Below are positions 1 to 11,207 of a stretch of 48,200 nucleotides of DNA, piece after piece (positions within the stretch are counted from its first letter, which is position 1; every line of letters begins with the position of its first letter). The translations under genes were made by a program, and so were the position numbers. The stretch comes from Octopus sinensis (Eukaryota), in NCBI RefSeq assembly GCF_006345805.1, contig NW_021834443.1:1-48200 (forward strand), written 5' to 3'. The notes beneath the pieces were generated by a model. It had not been told where the DNA came from, searched no databases, and saw only the letters and a program-made list of their open reading frames with translations.

Positions 1-385
1 CATGCTGGAGAACTTCTTTTGAGGGTTTTAGTCAAATGAATCGACTCCCAAGACTTATTCTTTGCAAGCCTGGTACTTATTCTATCGGTCACTCTTTTAC
101 CAAACTGCTAAGTTATGTAGAAATAAACACACCGACATCAGTTGTCAAGCGATGATGGGAGACAAACACAGACACAAAGACACACACATAAATATATATA
201 CATGTACACACACACACACATATGTATACAATGGTCTTCTTTCAGTTTCTATCTACCAAATCCACTCACAAGACTTTGGTTGGCACAAGGCTATAGTAGA
301 AGATACTTGCCTAAGGTGCCATGCAGTGGGGCAGAACCCAGAACTGTGAAGTTGGGAAGCAAGCTTCTTACCTCACAATCACACC
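1..385 (-). mobile_element. tRNA-derived SINE family A (head - internal TA/TG microsatellite - 3' body), runs off window start
   Basis: Matches the reverse complement of the family-A consensus seen ~20 times in this window. Confidence 0.85.
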
Positions 386-452
386 TACACCTATATACAT
401 ATATATATATATATATATATAGTTAATCCAAACATGAAAACACACACACACA

Positions 453-486
<34 letters not shown>

Positions 487-496
487 TACAGATATA

Positions 497-629
497 GGGT
501 AAAAGATAAATAATTTAATAAAATCAACAAATTTCACCTAGTAGTATTTCGGTATGGAAAAGGACCATATTTGGTAAAAACTTATATAATTATAACAATA
601 AGGGTTGCAAACACTTATTGTTATAATTA
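497..629 (-). repeat. Fold-back repeat family C, copy 1
   Basis: Perfect 16-bp inverted repeat taattataacaataag (587-602) / cttattgttataatta (614-629) next to (TA)n; body resembles 8907-9005 and 11775-11840. Confidence 0.6.
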
Positions 630-653
630 GATATATATATATATATATATATA

Positions 654-1042
654 TGCAAGTGGTATCAAAAAGTTCTCGGACTTGTTCTGTAGTGGGCCAA
701 CAGATGGCAGCACATGATTGCATGTCCAGTGAGAGCTAACAATGACGTTCATGAGACAGTGTTTTGAGTAAAATCACTGAGTTTATTTTGTAAGTTGTGA
801 AATTTGTGTTTTTGTGATCATGTGTATGCTGTAGTCTGCTATTTTGTCAAAGACAGGAAGTTGGAGCAAAGAGCAGACCTGAAATTTTGCACTAAACTTG
901 GGAAGTCTGCTACAGAGACATTGAGCATGCTTTGGCAAGCTTATGGTGGTGAGGGTCGTACACAATGTTTTCAGTGGCATGGGTGCTTCAAAAGTGAAGA
1001 ACATCCCTGAAAGATGATGAACATTCTGGAAGACCTGACACA
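654..1042 (+). mobile_element. Mariner 5' fragment (left TIR plus N-terminal HTH of transposase)
   Basis: TA then TIR-like gcaagtggtatcaaaaagttctcggact; translation LEQRADLKFCTKLGKSATETLSMLWQAYG..RTQCFQWH..FKS, then (frameshift) LKDDEHSGRP, typical of mariner N-termini. Confidence 0.85.
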
Positions 1043-1107
1043 AACTACTAATATTTAAAAACAAAAACAAAAAAAAACTAGATTTTAACCCCCTTTTGTA
1101 TTATCTA

Positions 1108-1363
1108 GCAGAGGCTTAGTAAACGTGGATTAGTAGTTAGGGTGTTGGACTCATGACTGTAAGATTGTGGTTTCAATTCCCGCATTGGGTGACATGTTGT
1201 ATTCTTGAGTAAAACACTTCATTTCTGGTTGCTTCATCCACCCAGCTGGCAAAAGTGAGTAATCCCGTGACAGACTGGTATCCTATCCAGGTGGTAAATA
1301 TACACATCATGGAAACTAAGAAACTGGCTCTGTGAGTCTTTATGACTCAGGAAGGATCTTTAC
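1108..1363 (+). mobile_element. tRNA-derived SINE family D (tail type 1)
   Basis: A/B-box-like head (tagtagttaggg..gtttcaattccc), core ttcttgagtaaaacactt..cccagctggcaaaa; 13-bp TSD tttgtattatcta at 1095-1107 and 1364-1376. Confidence 0.85.
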
Positions 1364-1847
1364 TTTGTATTATCTAAGAGTTTACCATTTTTACCAGCAA
1401 TATTACAGAACTGGAGATCACATGTAGACTTTTTAATCCTTCAGCTTAACTTCTTTCAATCTCATCCATAAGGTAAATTAATCCTTTAGCATTTAATCCA
1501 GCCATATCCAGCCTAAATAATCTACCTGTTTTATGTTCAAACTGGCCAGATCAGGCCTCTTACACCCATCCTACAATGTCATTCTAAAAATAAATAATCA
1601 CATCACAATTAATCCAAAATGATATGAACAAATAATCATTACAGGAGTGGCTGTGTGGTAAGTAGCTTGCTTACCAACCACATGGTTCTGGGTTCAGTCC
1701 CACTGCGTGGCACCTTGGGCTATACTATAGGCTTGGGCCGACCAAAGCCTTGTGAGTGGATTTGGTAGACAGAAACTGAAAAGCAGCCCATCGTATATAT
1801 GTATGTAAATATATATATATGTGACATATATATATGCATGTATATAT

Positions 1848-2058
1848 AAATGTGACCACGTGTGTACCGCTGGCGAATTTTTTCCTCTGTCTTCCTTTCT
1901 CTGGATCTTTCCTTTTCCTATGTTTCTGACGAAGAGCTCCGCTCGAAACATAAAACCCTCCTTCTTCCCTTCCTTCCTGAGCGTCCAATAATACTATATT
2001 TGTTCCATGTCCTCGCGTTGTTGTGTTTTCTCTTTGTGTTTTCATGTTTGGATTAACT
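1848..2058 (+). mobile_element. ~210-bp hammerhead-bearing repeat family HH-A, copy 1 (Penelope pseudo-LTR-like)
   Basis: Near-identical to 4218-4428; an end fragment also at 421-443 (-); embedded in (TA)n. Confidence 0.75.
1922..1956 (+). ncRNA. Minimal type-I hammerhead ribozyme motif (one CpG-type mutation in stem III)
   Basis: GTTT-CTGACGA-A-GAGC tcc GCTC-GAAACAT-A-AAAC: stem I GTTT/AAAC, stem II GAGC/GCTC. Confidence 0.7.
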
Positions 2059-2062
2059 ATAT

Positions 2063-2097
<35 letters not shown>

Positions 2098-2385
2098 GTG
2101 TATATGTTTGTGTGTATGTGTTTGGTCCCCCAACTGATGCTGGTGTGTTTCAGCAAAAGAGACCGATGGAATAAGTACTAGGCTTACATAGAATAAGTCC
2201 TGGGTCGATCTGCTCGACTAAAGGCAGTGCTCCAGCATGGCCGCAGTCAAATGACTGAAACAAGTAAAAGAGTAAAAGAGTATTACATATGACAGACTAA
2301 TTTGAATACTAAAGGGTTAAAGTATGTAGAGATGCAATAAAAATATAATAGTAAAGTGACTTAAACCTAAATATTTTCAATACAT

Positions 2386-2548
2386 GGCGCAGGAGTGGCT
2401 GTGTGGTAAGTAGCTTGTTTACCAACCACATGGTTCCGGGTTCAGTCCCACTGCGTGGCACCTTGGGCAAGTGTCTTCTACTATAGCCTCGGGTCGACCA
2501 AAGCCTTGTGAGTGGATTTGGTAGGCGGAAACTGAAAGAAGCCCGTCG

Positions 2549-2583
<35 letters not shown>

Positions 2584-2816
2584 GTGTGTGTGTTTGTGTT
2601 TGTGTGTCTGTGTTTGTCCCCCTAGCATTGCTTGACAGCCGATGCTGGTGTGTTTATGTCCCCGTCACTTAGCGGTTCGGCAAAAAGAGACCGATAGAAT
2701 AAGTACTGGGCTTACAAAAGAATAAGTCCCGGGGTCGAGTTGCTCGATTAAAGGTGGTGCTCCAGCATGGCTGCAGTCAAATGACTGAAACAAGCAAAAG
2801 AGTAAAAGAGTAAAAA
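2386..2816 (+). mobile_element. Full-length SINE family A
   Basis: Complete head ggcgcaggagtggctgtgtgg, B-box ggttcagtccc, internal microsatellite, (gtaaaaga)n tail. Confidence 0.92.
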
Positions 2817-3339
2817 GTATGTTGCCTTAGATAAAGACAGCCTGAAGCTAGTTGTTGAAGACTTGAAAGCATCATGGGTTTATTTTAGCATCCAAACTCT
2901 GGAAAATTTATTAGTTTTCTATCAATCAAAAGTTATCGAAACCATTTATTTTAGAATTTATCTTTTAAAGTTTACATTTCAATTTTTTTTACTTCTATGA
3001 TTTTATTTTTTCCCCTTTTACTGATTCAATCTTTCAGCAGATATTTAAGAATAATGGATGATTCTTTTAGTATTGACTTTATTTCGTGCCAAAAAAAAAA
3101 AAAAGAATTACAGCTGTTCCAGGTCAATATTTTTTCTATTCTGTCTGCAATGCAGAGCTGTGTGTGTTTCTGGCAACAACACTTAACTCTCGTGTTTCAG
3201 ATGTACTACCCTACCGTTCAAGGAAAGGGTGCTGTTGGCTCTTCAAACAGTAGGAGCACTGTGTAACTTGAACGGTGTTTTGTTAGCATGCAGCATTTCT
3301 GAGCTGAAATCTTTTTTGCTCACCAACACACTTCAGCCT

Positions 3340-3580
3340 CTTTTGCTCTCTCTCTCTCTTTCCCTCCGCCCTTCTCTCTCCCTCTCTCTCTGCCCCCTCT
3401 CTCTCTCTCTCATTTACTTTCTCTTCCTTCTCTCCCTCTTTCTACCCCCTCTCTCTCCTCCCCTTCTCTCCTCAAACTCTCCCCCTCTCTTCCTCCTCTC
3501 TTCCCCTCTCCTCCCCCTCTCTTCCTTCTCTCCCTCTTTCTACCTCTTCTCTCTCTTCTCACTGTCTCTCTCTTCTACTG
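3340..3580. repeat. CT-rich low-complexity tract
   Basis: Degenerate (CT)n/(CCT)n. Confidence 0.9.
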
Positions 3581-4027
3581 CTACTATGTGGGTTGCTGCT
3601 ATATTCAAGTTGTTTGATCTCACACCACCTTCACTCAAGCTAACCTGATTCATTTTTCTCATCGCCCCTCTTCTGCCTTCCTTCATCCTAACCCTAACCC
3701 TAACCCCTATTGTAACTCCTCTACCCAATGCTTCCTTCCTGGAACATTAGTTCCCGTCTATGATCCTTCTTCTTTCTTGCAGTGGTCAGCTTGTAGTTGT
3801 CCACGAAACCTCTCCACTGCCTGTGGAAGTCTATCTAAGTCTCTCAGGAGGCCTACAAAGGCTATGGACACAGTCTTTGTCTCCTGACCAAAGCATTTCA
3901 AAACACAACAATACATAAGCTGTAAAAGAAATACTGATGCCCTGAGAGAAAGAGAGAGATGCCGTGGCCACTTACTGTCATGAAAATGAAAATAACCATG
4001 AGTAAATCATGATGTCTTTCTTAATCG

Positions 4028-4160
4028 ATATTGGCTAAGTGGTTAAGACACTCAATTTGCAGTCATGTACATTCAGGTTTAATCCCACGGCACAGCACCT
4101 AGAACAAGTGCTTTCGACATTAACCCTGAATCAACCTTATGAGTAAGTTTGGTAGACATC
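4028..4160 (+). mobile_element. Diverged tRNA-derived SINE head
   Basis: tggctaagtggttaag (A box), ggtttaatccc (B box), followed by a degraded family-A-like core. Confidence 0.5.
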
Positions 4161-4217
4161 TTATAATATATAATATAAGGCAGACATAATATATATATAT
4201 ATTATATATACATTCAA

Positions 4218-4428
4218 AATGTGACCGCGTGTGTACCGTTGGTGATTTTTTTTTCTCTGTCTTCCCTTCTCTGGATCCTTCCTTTTCCTATGTTTCTGAC
4301 GAAAAGCTCCGCTCGAAACGTAAAACTCTCCTTCTTCCCTTCCTTCCTGACCGTCCAATAATACTATATTTGTTCCACGTCCTCGCGCTGTTGTGTTTTC
4401 TCTTTGTGTTTTCATGTTTGGATTAACT
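4218..4428 (+). mobile_element. Hammerhead-bearing repeat HH-A, copy 2
   Basis: Direct copy of 1848-2058. Confidence 0.75.
4292..4326 (+). ncRNA. Minimal type-I hammerhead motif (one stem II mismatch)
   Basis: GTTT-CTGACGA-A-AAGC tcc GCTC-GAAACGT-A-AAAC; palindromic stem III ACGT, GUA cleavage triplet. Confidence 0.7.
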
Positions 4429-4442
4429 TTATATATATATTA

Positions 4443-4535
4443 TACTAATACATCTATATATATTATACTAATAAATCTGTTTGTTTTGTACACCACCTGT
4501 CTTCGTCTTTTGTTTTTTCATAAACTGTCCCCATA
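4443..4535 (+). mobile_element. 3' fragment of repeat HH-B
   Basis: tatactaataaatctgtttgttttgtacaccacctgtcttcgtcttttg matches the part of 16252-16432 downstream of the hammerhead. Confidence 0.65.
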
Positions 4536-4806
4536 ATATATATATAAATACATACATATATACATATGTATGTTGTATGTATGTATGTATGTATGTATAG
4601 GAGAATATTGTAGTTTGCTTGAAGCATTGTGTATTGTTTGTAAAGAATAAAAAGTTTTGAATGGTACAACAATGTACGATAATACAGACAGTGGGCTGTG
4701 TATACCTGTTGTAATTTCGTCATCCATAGTCTGATATGATATTTAGGAATAATATTCCGTCTTCAGATATTCTTAGATGGAGTCGCTGCTATAAGCGTTT
4801 TTCTAA

Positions 4807-4902
<96 letters not shown>

Positions 4903-4938
4903 TAAAAAAACATGAAGACAAGGCAAAAAAGCAAACAA

Positions 4939-5412
4939 TGGCTGTGTGGTAAGAAGCCTGCTTCCCAACCACATGGTCCCAGGTTCAGTCCCACTGTGAG
5001 GCACCTTGGGTAAGTGTCTTCTACTATAGTCTCGGGCTAACCAAAGCCATGTGAGTGGATTTGGTAAACAGAAACTGAAAGAAACCTGTCATATATATAA
5101 ATCTGTGTGTACGTGTATATATATATATATATGTATGTATATATTTGTATATATACCTGTATATATTTGTACATATCTATGTGTGTCTTTGTGTCTGTGC
5201 TTGTCTCCCCCCTCCCATCACTATTTGACAATTAGTGTTGGTGCATCTGCATCCCTGTAACTTAGCAGTTCTGCAAAAGAGATTGATATAATAACTATTA
5301 AGCTTAAGAAATAAGTCCTGAGATCAATTTGTTCAACTAAAAAACAAAACCTTTTTAAAGTGGTGCCCCAGCATGCCCACAGTCACATGACTGAAACAAG
5401 TAAAAGAATAAG
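4939..5412 (+). mobile_element. SINE family A
   Basis: Head, microsatellite and 3' body all align to consensus. Confidence 0.85.
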
Positions 5413-5554
5413 AGACTAAAACAGGCAATATAAAGTTCAGGAAAAACTAGAAGTCGTTTATGTTTTGTGCATGCGCTCTTCAGCAGAAAAAATAGGCGAG
5501 GAGAGAAGAAATTGGGGAGAGGAAAAAACAAACAGATCTGTGTGTCTTTGCTGT

Positions 5555-5760
5555 GCTTGTCTCCCCACCCATTGTCATGCAAAGGGTTGGGGACAAATGC
5601 AAGGGATGGTGGTTTGTTTATTGCATCATAGCTTAATCGTTTGGCAAAAAAGAACTGACAGTATAAGTATCAAACTTTTAAAAAAAAAGGGGGTGCTCCA
5701 ACATGGCCACATGATTAAACAAGTTAAGAACTATGACTAAAACAAGTAAAGGATAAAAGA
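5555..5760 (+). mobile_element. Diverged SINE A 3' half
   Basis: gtttggcaaaaagaactgacagtataagta..gggggtgctccaacatggcc. Confidence 0.65.
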
Positions 5761-5774
5761 TAAAAAATATATAT

Positions 5775-5999
5775 ACTCTTTTACTCTTTTACTTATTTCA
5801 GTCATTCAAATGTGGCCATGCTGGAGTAATGCCTTTAGTCGAGCAAATCGACCCCAGGACTTATTCTTTGTAAGCCCAGTACTTATTCTATCAGTCTCTT
5901 TTGCCAAACTGCTAAGTTATGGGGACATGAACACACCAGAATTGGTTGTCAAGCGATGTTGGGGGAACAAACACAGACACACAAACATACACACACACT

Positions 6000-6039
<40 letters not shown>

Positions 6040-6383
6040 AAATATATATTTTTTATTTTTTATTTTGCACATTACTTAATCATCGTTATATGTTTTATCT
6101 TATATTTAATCTTTTTTTAATATGTAATTTTCTAGATGGTATAATTTAATTTTTCATTATTGAATTGATAAAAGGTGTTTTTTTTCTAATTGTTATATAT
6201 ATATATATATATACACACATATATGACAGGCTTCTTTCAGTTTCCATCTATCAAATCCACTCACAAGGCTTTGATTGGCCTGAGGCTATAGTAGATGATA
6301 CTTACCCAAGGTGCCACGCAGTGGGACTGAACCCGGAACCATGTGGTTTGTAAGCAAGCTACTTACCACACAGCCACTCCTAC
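5775..6383 (-). mobile_element. SINE family A, microsatellite interrupted by AT-rich insert
   Basis: 3' half 5775-6000 and 5' half 6220-6383 in the same orientation. Confidence 0.85.
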
Positions 6384-6471
6384 GTGAATATGAATATAAC
6401 AAAAAAAATAAATAAATAAAAGCAAACATGGAAGATATATCAGTGAGTATTAGTGTGGGATTGAAGTTAGT

Positions 6472-6634
6472 TTAGTCTGTTTGGCACAAATTGAGTCATA
6501 AAAATATGTGAAAAAAAAAAGAATGAAACGAACAAAGAGAAACAAAAAAAAAAATACAAGAATTGCAGTGGTTTTGGGATATGTTGTACAGATAAATAAA
6601 TAGGTTAGGGTAGTGTTGTAACAATGTCTGATTG
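6472..6634. repeat. Unclassified ~160-bp dispersed repeat X, copy 1
   Basis: Near-identical to 13972-14132, including identical run tacaagaattgcagtgg...caatgtctgattg. Confidence 0.85.
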
Positions 6635-7147
6635 AATCAGCTCGAAACGAGGATGGCGTTAGTCATTTCATTGGAAATCCTTCCGTCAGTTCTTGTTAGT
6701 CATCAAACACTTTGAAATTATCTTTCATTTTAATTGCAAGAATGTTCGCGTTTTCAGAATTGAACAATAATGAATGGTTGATAAAGCATTTGATTTAACA
6801 CTTATTACCGAATCAGAACTGAATCTGTCTACAACATCTGCGATAACCCTTGTAGATAATCACCTTTCATGGGAGAGAATGGCTCTGTTAGCTGTAATTC
6901 CGATTTTCCGATATAAACAATCTAATATTCTCAATCTGTTATGTTATTTGCGATGCTCTTTGAACTTTGCATTTGGAATAGTAAATTAGTGCTAATTCTA
7001 CAGCGGCACTGATATATTTAAATACTTACATCTGACCAAGTTATAATGAACTTATGGTACCATGCACTGGTGGGTGATTAGCATAAATATGTTATTAGAA
7101 AGTCAGATTGCTGTTTTTGTTATTTATTATCATCATCGTTATTATTA

Positions 7148-7197
<50 letters not shown>

Positions 7198-7683
7198 GTC
7201 GTCATTGTACATACTAATAGCAAAGATAAAAAAATAATAAACAACTTCTGCGGTAATTAGATTTATAGCCTGGCAGAGAGAATTGGAATAATAAATAAAT
7301 GATAATTTCTTTTGACAAGGCACAAATACGGTTTGATTTAAAGGAAAGGAGGGATGGAAAGTTGTGGTAATCATGCCTTTCTCGAATAACATTAGGGATG
7401 TAAGTGGTCATGAAATAACTTCAAACCAGAATTGAAACTACAATCTAGATAGAATAATATGAAAACTGTACTTCGAGCAATAAGTTTTTTTTTTTACATT
7501 GCCCCTAGATAAAGAATAAGCAAATAATAAATGTGTACGTGTATGTGCGTGTGTGTAAATGTATGTGTGTGTGTATGAGTAACTGTATGTGTGTGTGTGT
7601 TGTGTGGGGGTGTAAACTGTCTAAGAATCGCTAAGTCAGTCAAAATGCACTCATATATTTGTCATTAGAGAGAGCATATATTA

Positions 7684-7945
7684 ATCAAAGTGTACAGTAT
7701 TACAGCTGATCTTAACAATTGGTTTCACACTTGGGGTTCAACAGACTGTTAGGTAACAGTTCAATTACATAACCCTGCACTCATCAGAGGTAACCATTAT
7801 GGAATGAACTATGGCGACATATTTCATTCTATTCATTCCATGATGACTACCTCTGATGAGTGCAGGTTACATAATTGAACCCATAGTATGAAACTAATTA
7901 ATAAGGGCAGCTGTAATGGATATATAAGACTGTACACTTCAATTA
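7684..7945. repeat. Head-to-head pair of degenerate hammerhead-like repeats (HH-D)
   Basis: 7684-7808 is a diverged reverse complement of 7832-7945; each arm has CTGATGA (7781-7787 -, 7853-7859 +) and GAAAC (7722-7726 -, 7890-7894 +). Confidence 0.7.
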
Positions 7946-7946
7946 T

Positions 7947-8205
7947 CATCATCATCATCATCATTTAACGTCCGCTTTCCATGCTAGCATGGGTTGGACG
8001 GTTCAACTGGGGTCTGGGGAGCCCAAAGGCTGCACCAGGCCAGTCAGATCTGGCAGTGTTTCTACAGCTGGATGCCCTTCCTAACGCCAACCACTCCGAG
8101 AGTGTAGTGGGTGATTTTATGTGCCACCGACACAGGTGCCAGACGAGGCTGGCGAACAGCCACGCTCGGATGGTGTTTTTATGTGCCACCGACACAGGTG
8201 CCAGA
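7947..8205 (-). mobile_element. Family E (RTE-type 3' end with ~62-bp repeat units, (GAT)n tail)
   Basis: catcatcatttaacgtccgctttccatgctagcatggg..ggatgcccttcctaacgccaaccactcc, then 1-2 units. Confidence 0.85.
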
Positions 8206-8269
8206 CAATTAATATACATAAATATATTTGTATATCTATCTATCTATCTATCTACCTATTATCTATCTA

Positions 8270-8321
<52 letters not shown>

Positions 8322-8473
8322 GATACATATATATATATATGTGTGTGTGCATGCATGCATGTGTGTGTGTATGTATGTATAAGTTACAGGGGACGTAATA
8401 CACCAGCATTGGTTGTCAAGTGATGTTGGGGGGATTAAAACAGACACACAAACATACACACACACACACATGC

Positions 8474-8542
<69 letters not shown>

Positions 8543-8599
8543 TATATATATATAGGTGAGAAAGTTGGTGCGTGAAAGCACTGGTTGGATATATAGAAA

Positions 8600-8775
8600 A
8601 TGGAAAATAGTGAAAAAGCTACAGAAGGCTTGTTTTATAAGATTAACACGAAACCGGTAATTTCTCCCAAATCTATGTTACTATATGCAAAATTTTCTAA
8701 CATTTTCTAACATAATGACTTAATATATTCTTTAACCTTATAAAACAAGCCTTCTGTTGGTTTTTCATTATTTTC

Positions 8776-8778
<3 letters not shown>
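8600..8778. repeat. Inverted repeat with ~85-bp spacer
   Basis: acagaaggcttgttttataagattaa (8621-8646) vs ttaaccttataaaacaagccttctgt (8732-8757), 1 mismatch; weaker pairing extends outward. Confidence 0.8.
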
Positions 8779-8843
<65 letters not shown>

Positions 8844-8864
8844 ATATTATATATGTATATATAT

Positions 8865-9005
8865 ATACTAAGCAATAAAGGGTTTAAACCCTTTATTGCT
8901 TAGTATTACTTAAATTTTCCTCGAATGAGGCTTTTACATGCCGAAGACTACTTGGTGTAATTGATAATTATTCCAAATTAATTAATTTCACCGTTCATTA
9001 TTATG
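8865..9005 (+). repeat. Fold-back repeat family C, copy 2
   Basis: Perfect 42-bp palindrome atactaagcaataaagggttt/aaaccctttattgcttagtat (8865-8906), then body with atgaggc..gccgaagac. Confidence 0.75.
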
Positions 9006-9034
9006 TATATATATATATATATATATATACATAT

Positions 9035-9200
9035 ATATACGATGGCCTTCTTTCAGTTTCCGTCTACCAAATCCACTCACAAGGATTTGGTCGGGCCGAG
9101 GCTATAGTAGAAGACACTTGCCCAAGTAGCCACGCAGTGGGACTGCACCCGGAACCATGTGATTTGTAAGCAAGCTACTTATCACACAGCTACTCCTACA
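9035..9200 (-). mobile_element. SINE A 5' half
   Basis: Reverse complement of head and core. Confidence 0.85.
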
Positions 9201-9659
9201 CCTGGAATTTCTTTATAGAATACACCCAAAAAAGAAGACATTAATGGTAATTTTAGTTCAAAACCATTTCTAATGGTGTCTCATTATCACATTTTTGTAC
9301 TGGTGCAAAAATATTTAAAAAAATAAAAAAAGCATGAAACAAAAATAAGTAACTAAAGAGTGATTAAAAAATATTAAATGAAAAATTTAAGAAGACAATT
9401 ACAAAAATAATTATCTTCCAAATTAAATACCCTTGTGTTAAGTGTCAGCTGCATAATTCAAAATTCGTTGCATAAAATTTCACAACCTTTGAAAGGTTTC
9501 TTCGTTAGAATGTTTTATTTTCTCACCTGGAATGAAACAGAATGGAAACTTCCTCCTCATGGAATTTACACAAAGTCTACAAATGAATAAAATAGCAGAC
9601 CCACAACAACTACAACTACAACAGCAATTTCATTTTAATGACCACTTTTTCCATAGTGG

Positions 9660-9830
9660 AATGTTCCGGAAAGAATTTGTTGAGGCAGATCTTTCTACAG
9701 CTGGATGCCCTTCCTGTTACCAGCTTTCACCTGCTTCAAATAGGATAGTGTTAGTATTTCCTCAAGACTAGACATGGCTTGACTGAAGATGGAAAATGAA
9801 GGACATTGCTTGCATGATGCAAACAAAAAG
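9660..9830 (-). mobile_element. Diverged family-E-related element (variant shared with 27590-27790)
   Basis: tttctacagctggatgcccttcctgttacc..cacctgcttc..tatttcc. Confidence 0.55.
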
Positions 9831-9879
9831 ACAGTAACACATCCCCCACACACTCACACACATTCATACATACATACAT

Positions 9880-9917
<38 letters not shown>

Positions 9918-9920
<3 letters not shown>

Positions 9921-10120
9921 GAGAGTTCAAGAAAAAAACAAAAGACGAAGACAGGTGGTGTAGAAAACAAACAGATGTATTAGTATAACGCTCAGGAATA
10001 GAAAAAGTCTTTTACGTTTCGAGCCTATGCTCGTCTACAGAAAGGGACACAGAAAAAAAACATGGAAACAAGGAGAGAAAGAAAATGTGTGTAGTGGCTA
10101 CTGATCTATCATAGCGACTA
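9918..10120 (-). mobile_element. Hammerhead-bearing repeat HH-B
   Basis: Homologous to 12021-12175 (-) and 16252-16432 (+). Confidence 0.8.
10009..10044 (-). ncRNA. Minimal hammerhead-like motif with CUGUAGA core variant
   Basis: Minus strand CTTT-CTGTAGA-C-GAGC atag GCTC-GAAACGT-A-AAAG. Confidence 0.55.
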
Positions 10121-10130
10121 TATATATATA

Positions 10131-10524
10131 GGCATAGGAGTGGTTGTGTATTAAGTAGCTTACTTACGAACCACATGGTACCAGGTTCAGTCCCATTGCG
10201 TGGCACCATGGGCAAGTGTCTTCTACTATAGCCTCAGGCCGACCAAAACCTTGTGAGTGGATATGGTAGATGGAAACAGAAAGAAGCCCATTGCATATAT
10301 GTATATACATATATATATGTATGTGTGTGTGTCTGTGATTGTCCCCCAACATCGCTTGACACCCGATGCTGGTGTGTTTACGTCCCCGTTACTTAGCAGT
10401 TTGGTAAAAGAGACCGATAGAATAAGTACTAGGCTTACAAAGAATAAGTCCTGGGGTCGATTTGCTCAACTAAAGGCGGTGCTTCAACATGACTGCAGTC
10501 AAATGACTGAAACAAGTAAAAGAG
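10131..10524 (+). mobile_element. Full-length SINE family A
   Basis: Head to tail alignment with consensus. Confidence 0.9.
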
Positions 10525-10689
10525 TATAGATTGATATTATTTTTTGTTTTCAATTCTAAATAAAAGAAAGTTCAGGAGCAATTGAAGCTATTTGAAAAAT
10601 TTCAGTAAAAACTGCTTAAAAAATCTAACATTCATTACAAATTCCAATATTTAAAAAATTTCACAATTATATTCTTTTATTGTTTTATT

Positions 10690-10830
10690 CTTCTATTTGT
10701 TTCAGTCATTTGACTGTGGCCATGCTGGAGCACCGTTTTTAGTCGAACAAATCTTTGTAAGCCTAGCGTTTATTCTATCTGTTTTGCTGAACCACCAAGT
10801 TATGGGAATGTAAACACACCAACATCAGTA
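10690..10830 (-). mobile_element. SINE A 3' fragment
   Basis: tgtttcagtcatttgactgtggccatgctggagcacc. Confidence 0.75.
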
Positions 10831-10953
10831 TGTATGCATGTATATCTGTAATATATATATATTACAGATGTTGATGTAAACATCAACAACAATAACATCA
10901 ACAACAGCAACACATGTTATATTGTAAACATGCTAGTCCATAGCCAGGCTATG

Positions 10954-11207
10954 TAGAGGCACATGGCTTAATGTTTAGGATGTTGGACTCATGATCGTAG
11001 CATTGTGATTTCAATTCCTGGACTGGTCAACACATTGTGTTCTTGAGCAAAACACTTCATTTCACGTTGCTCCAGTTCACTCAGCTGGCAAAATTGAGTA
11101 ATCTTGTGACAGACTCAGTGTCCCATCCAGGTGGGGAATATTTACAACCTGGAAATCGGTAAACGGTCCTTATGAAATTGGTATGACTCAAGACAGAAAC
11201 CTTTTTT
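10954..11207 (+). mobile_element. SINE family D (tail type 1)
   Basis: Homologous to 1108-1363; 14-bp imperfect TSD atagccaggctatg (10940-10953) / atagccagactatg (11208-11221). Confidence 0.85.

Larger units (their letters stand above)
1642..2280 (+). mobile_element. SINE family A with hammerhead repeat inserted in its microsatellite
   Basis: Head caggagtggctgtgtggtaag..ggttcagtcccac; tail gactgaaacaagtaaaagag. Confidence 0.9.
1482..2316. mobile_element. TTAA-flanked piggyBac-like MITE with nested SINE
   Basis: ttaa|tcctttagcattt at 1478-1494 and gaatactaaaggg|ttaa at 2304-2320: imperfect TIRs with TTAA flanks. Confidence 0.55.

Noticed and set aside
2419-2628. Recurrent peptide YDGLLSVSVYQIHSQGFGRPEAIVEDTCPRCHAVGLNPEPCG in many ORFs
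   Set aside because: Antisense translation of the SINE A consensus, not a gene family.
3229-3648. Leu/Ser-rich 139-aa ORF that looks like a membrane protein
   Set aside because: Translation of a CT low-complexity tract; likewise 41712-42290.
3687-3706. (CCCTAA)3 telomere-type repeat
   Set aside because: Only three units inside a CT-rich tract; expected by chance or slippage.
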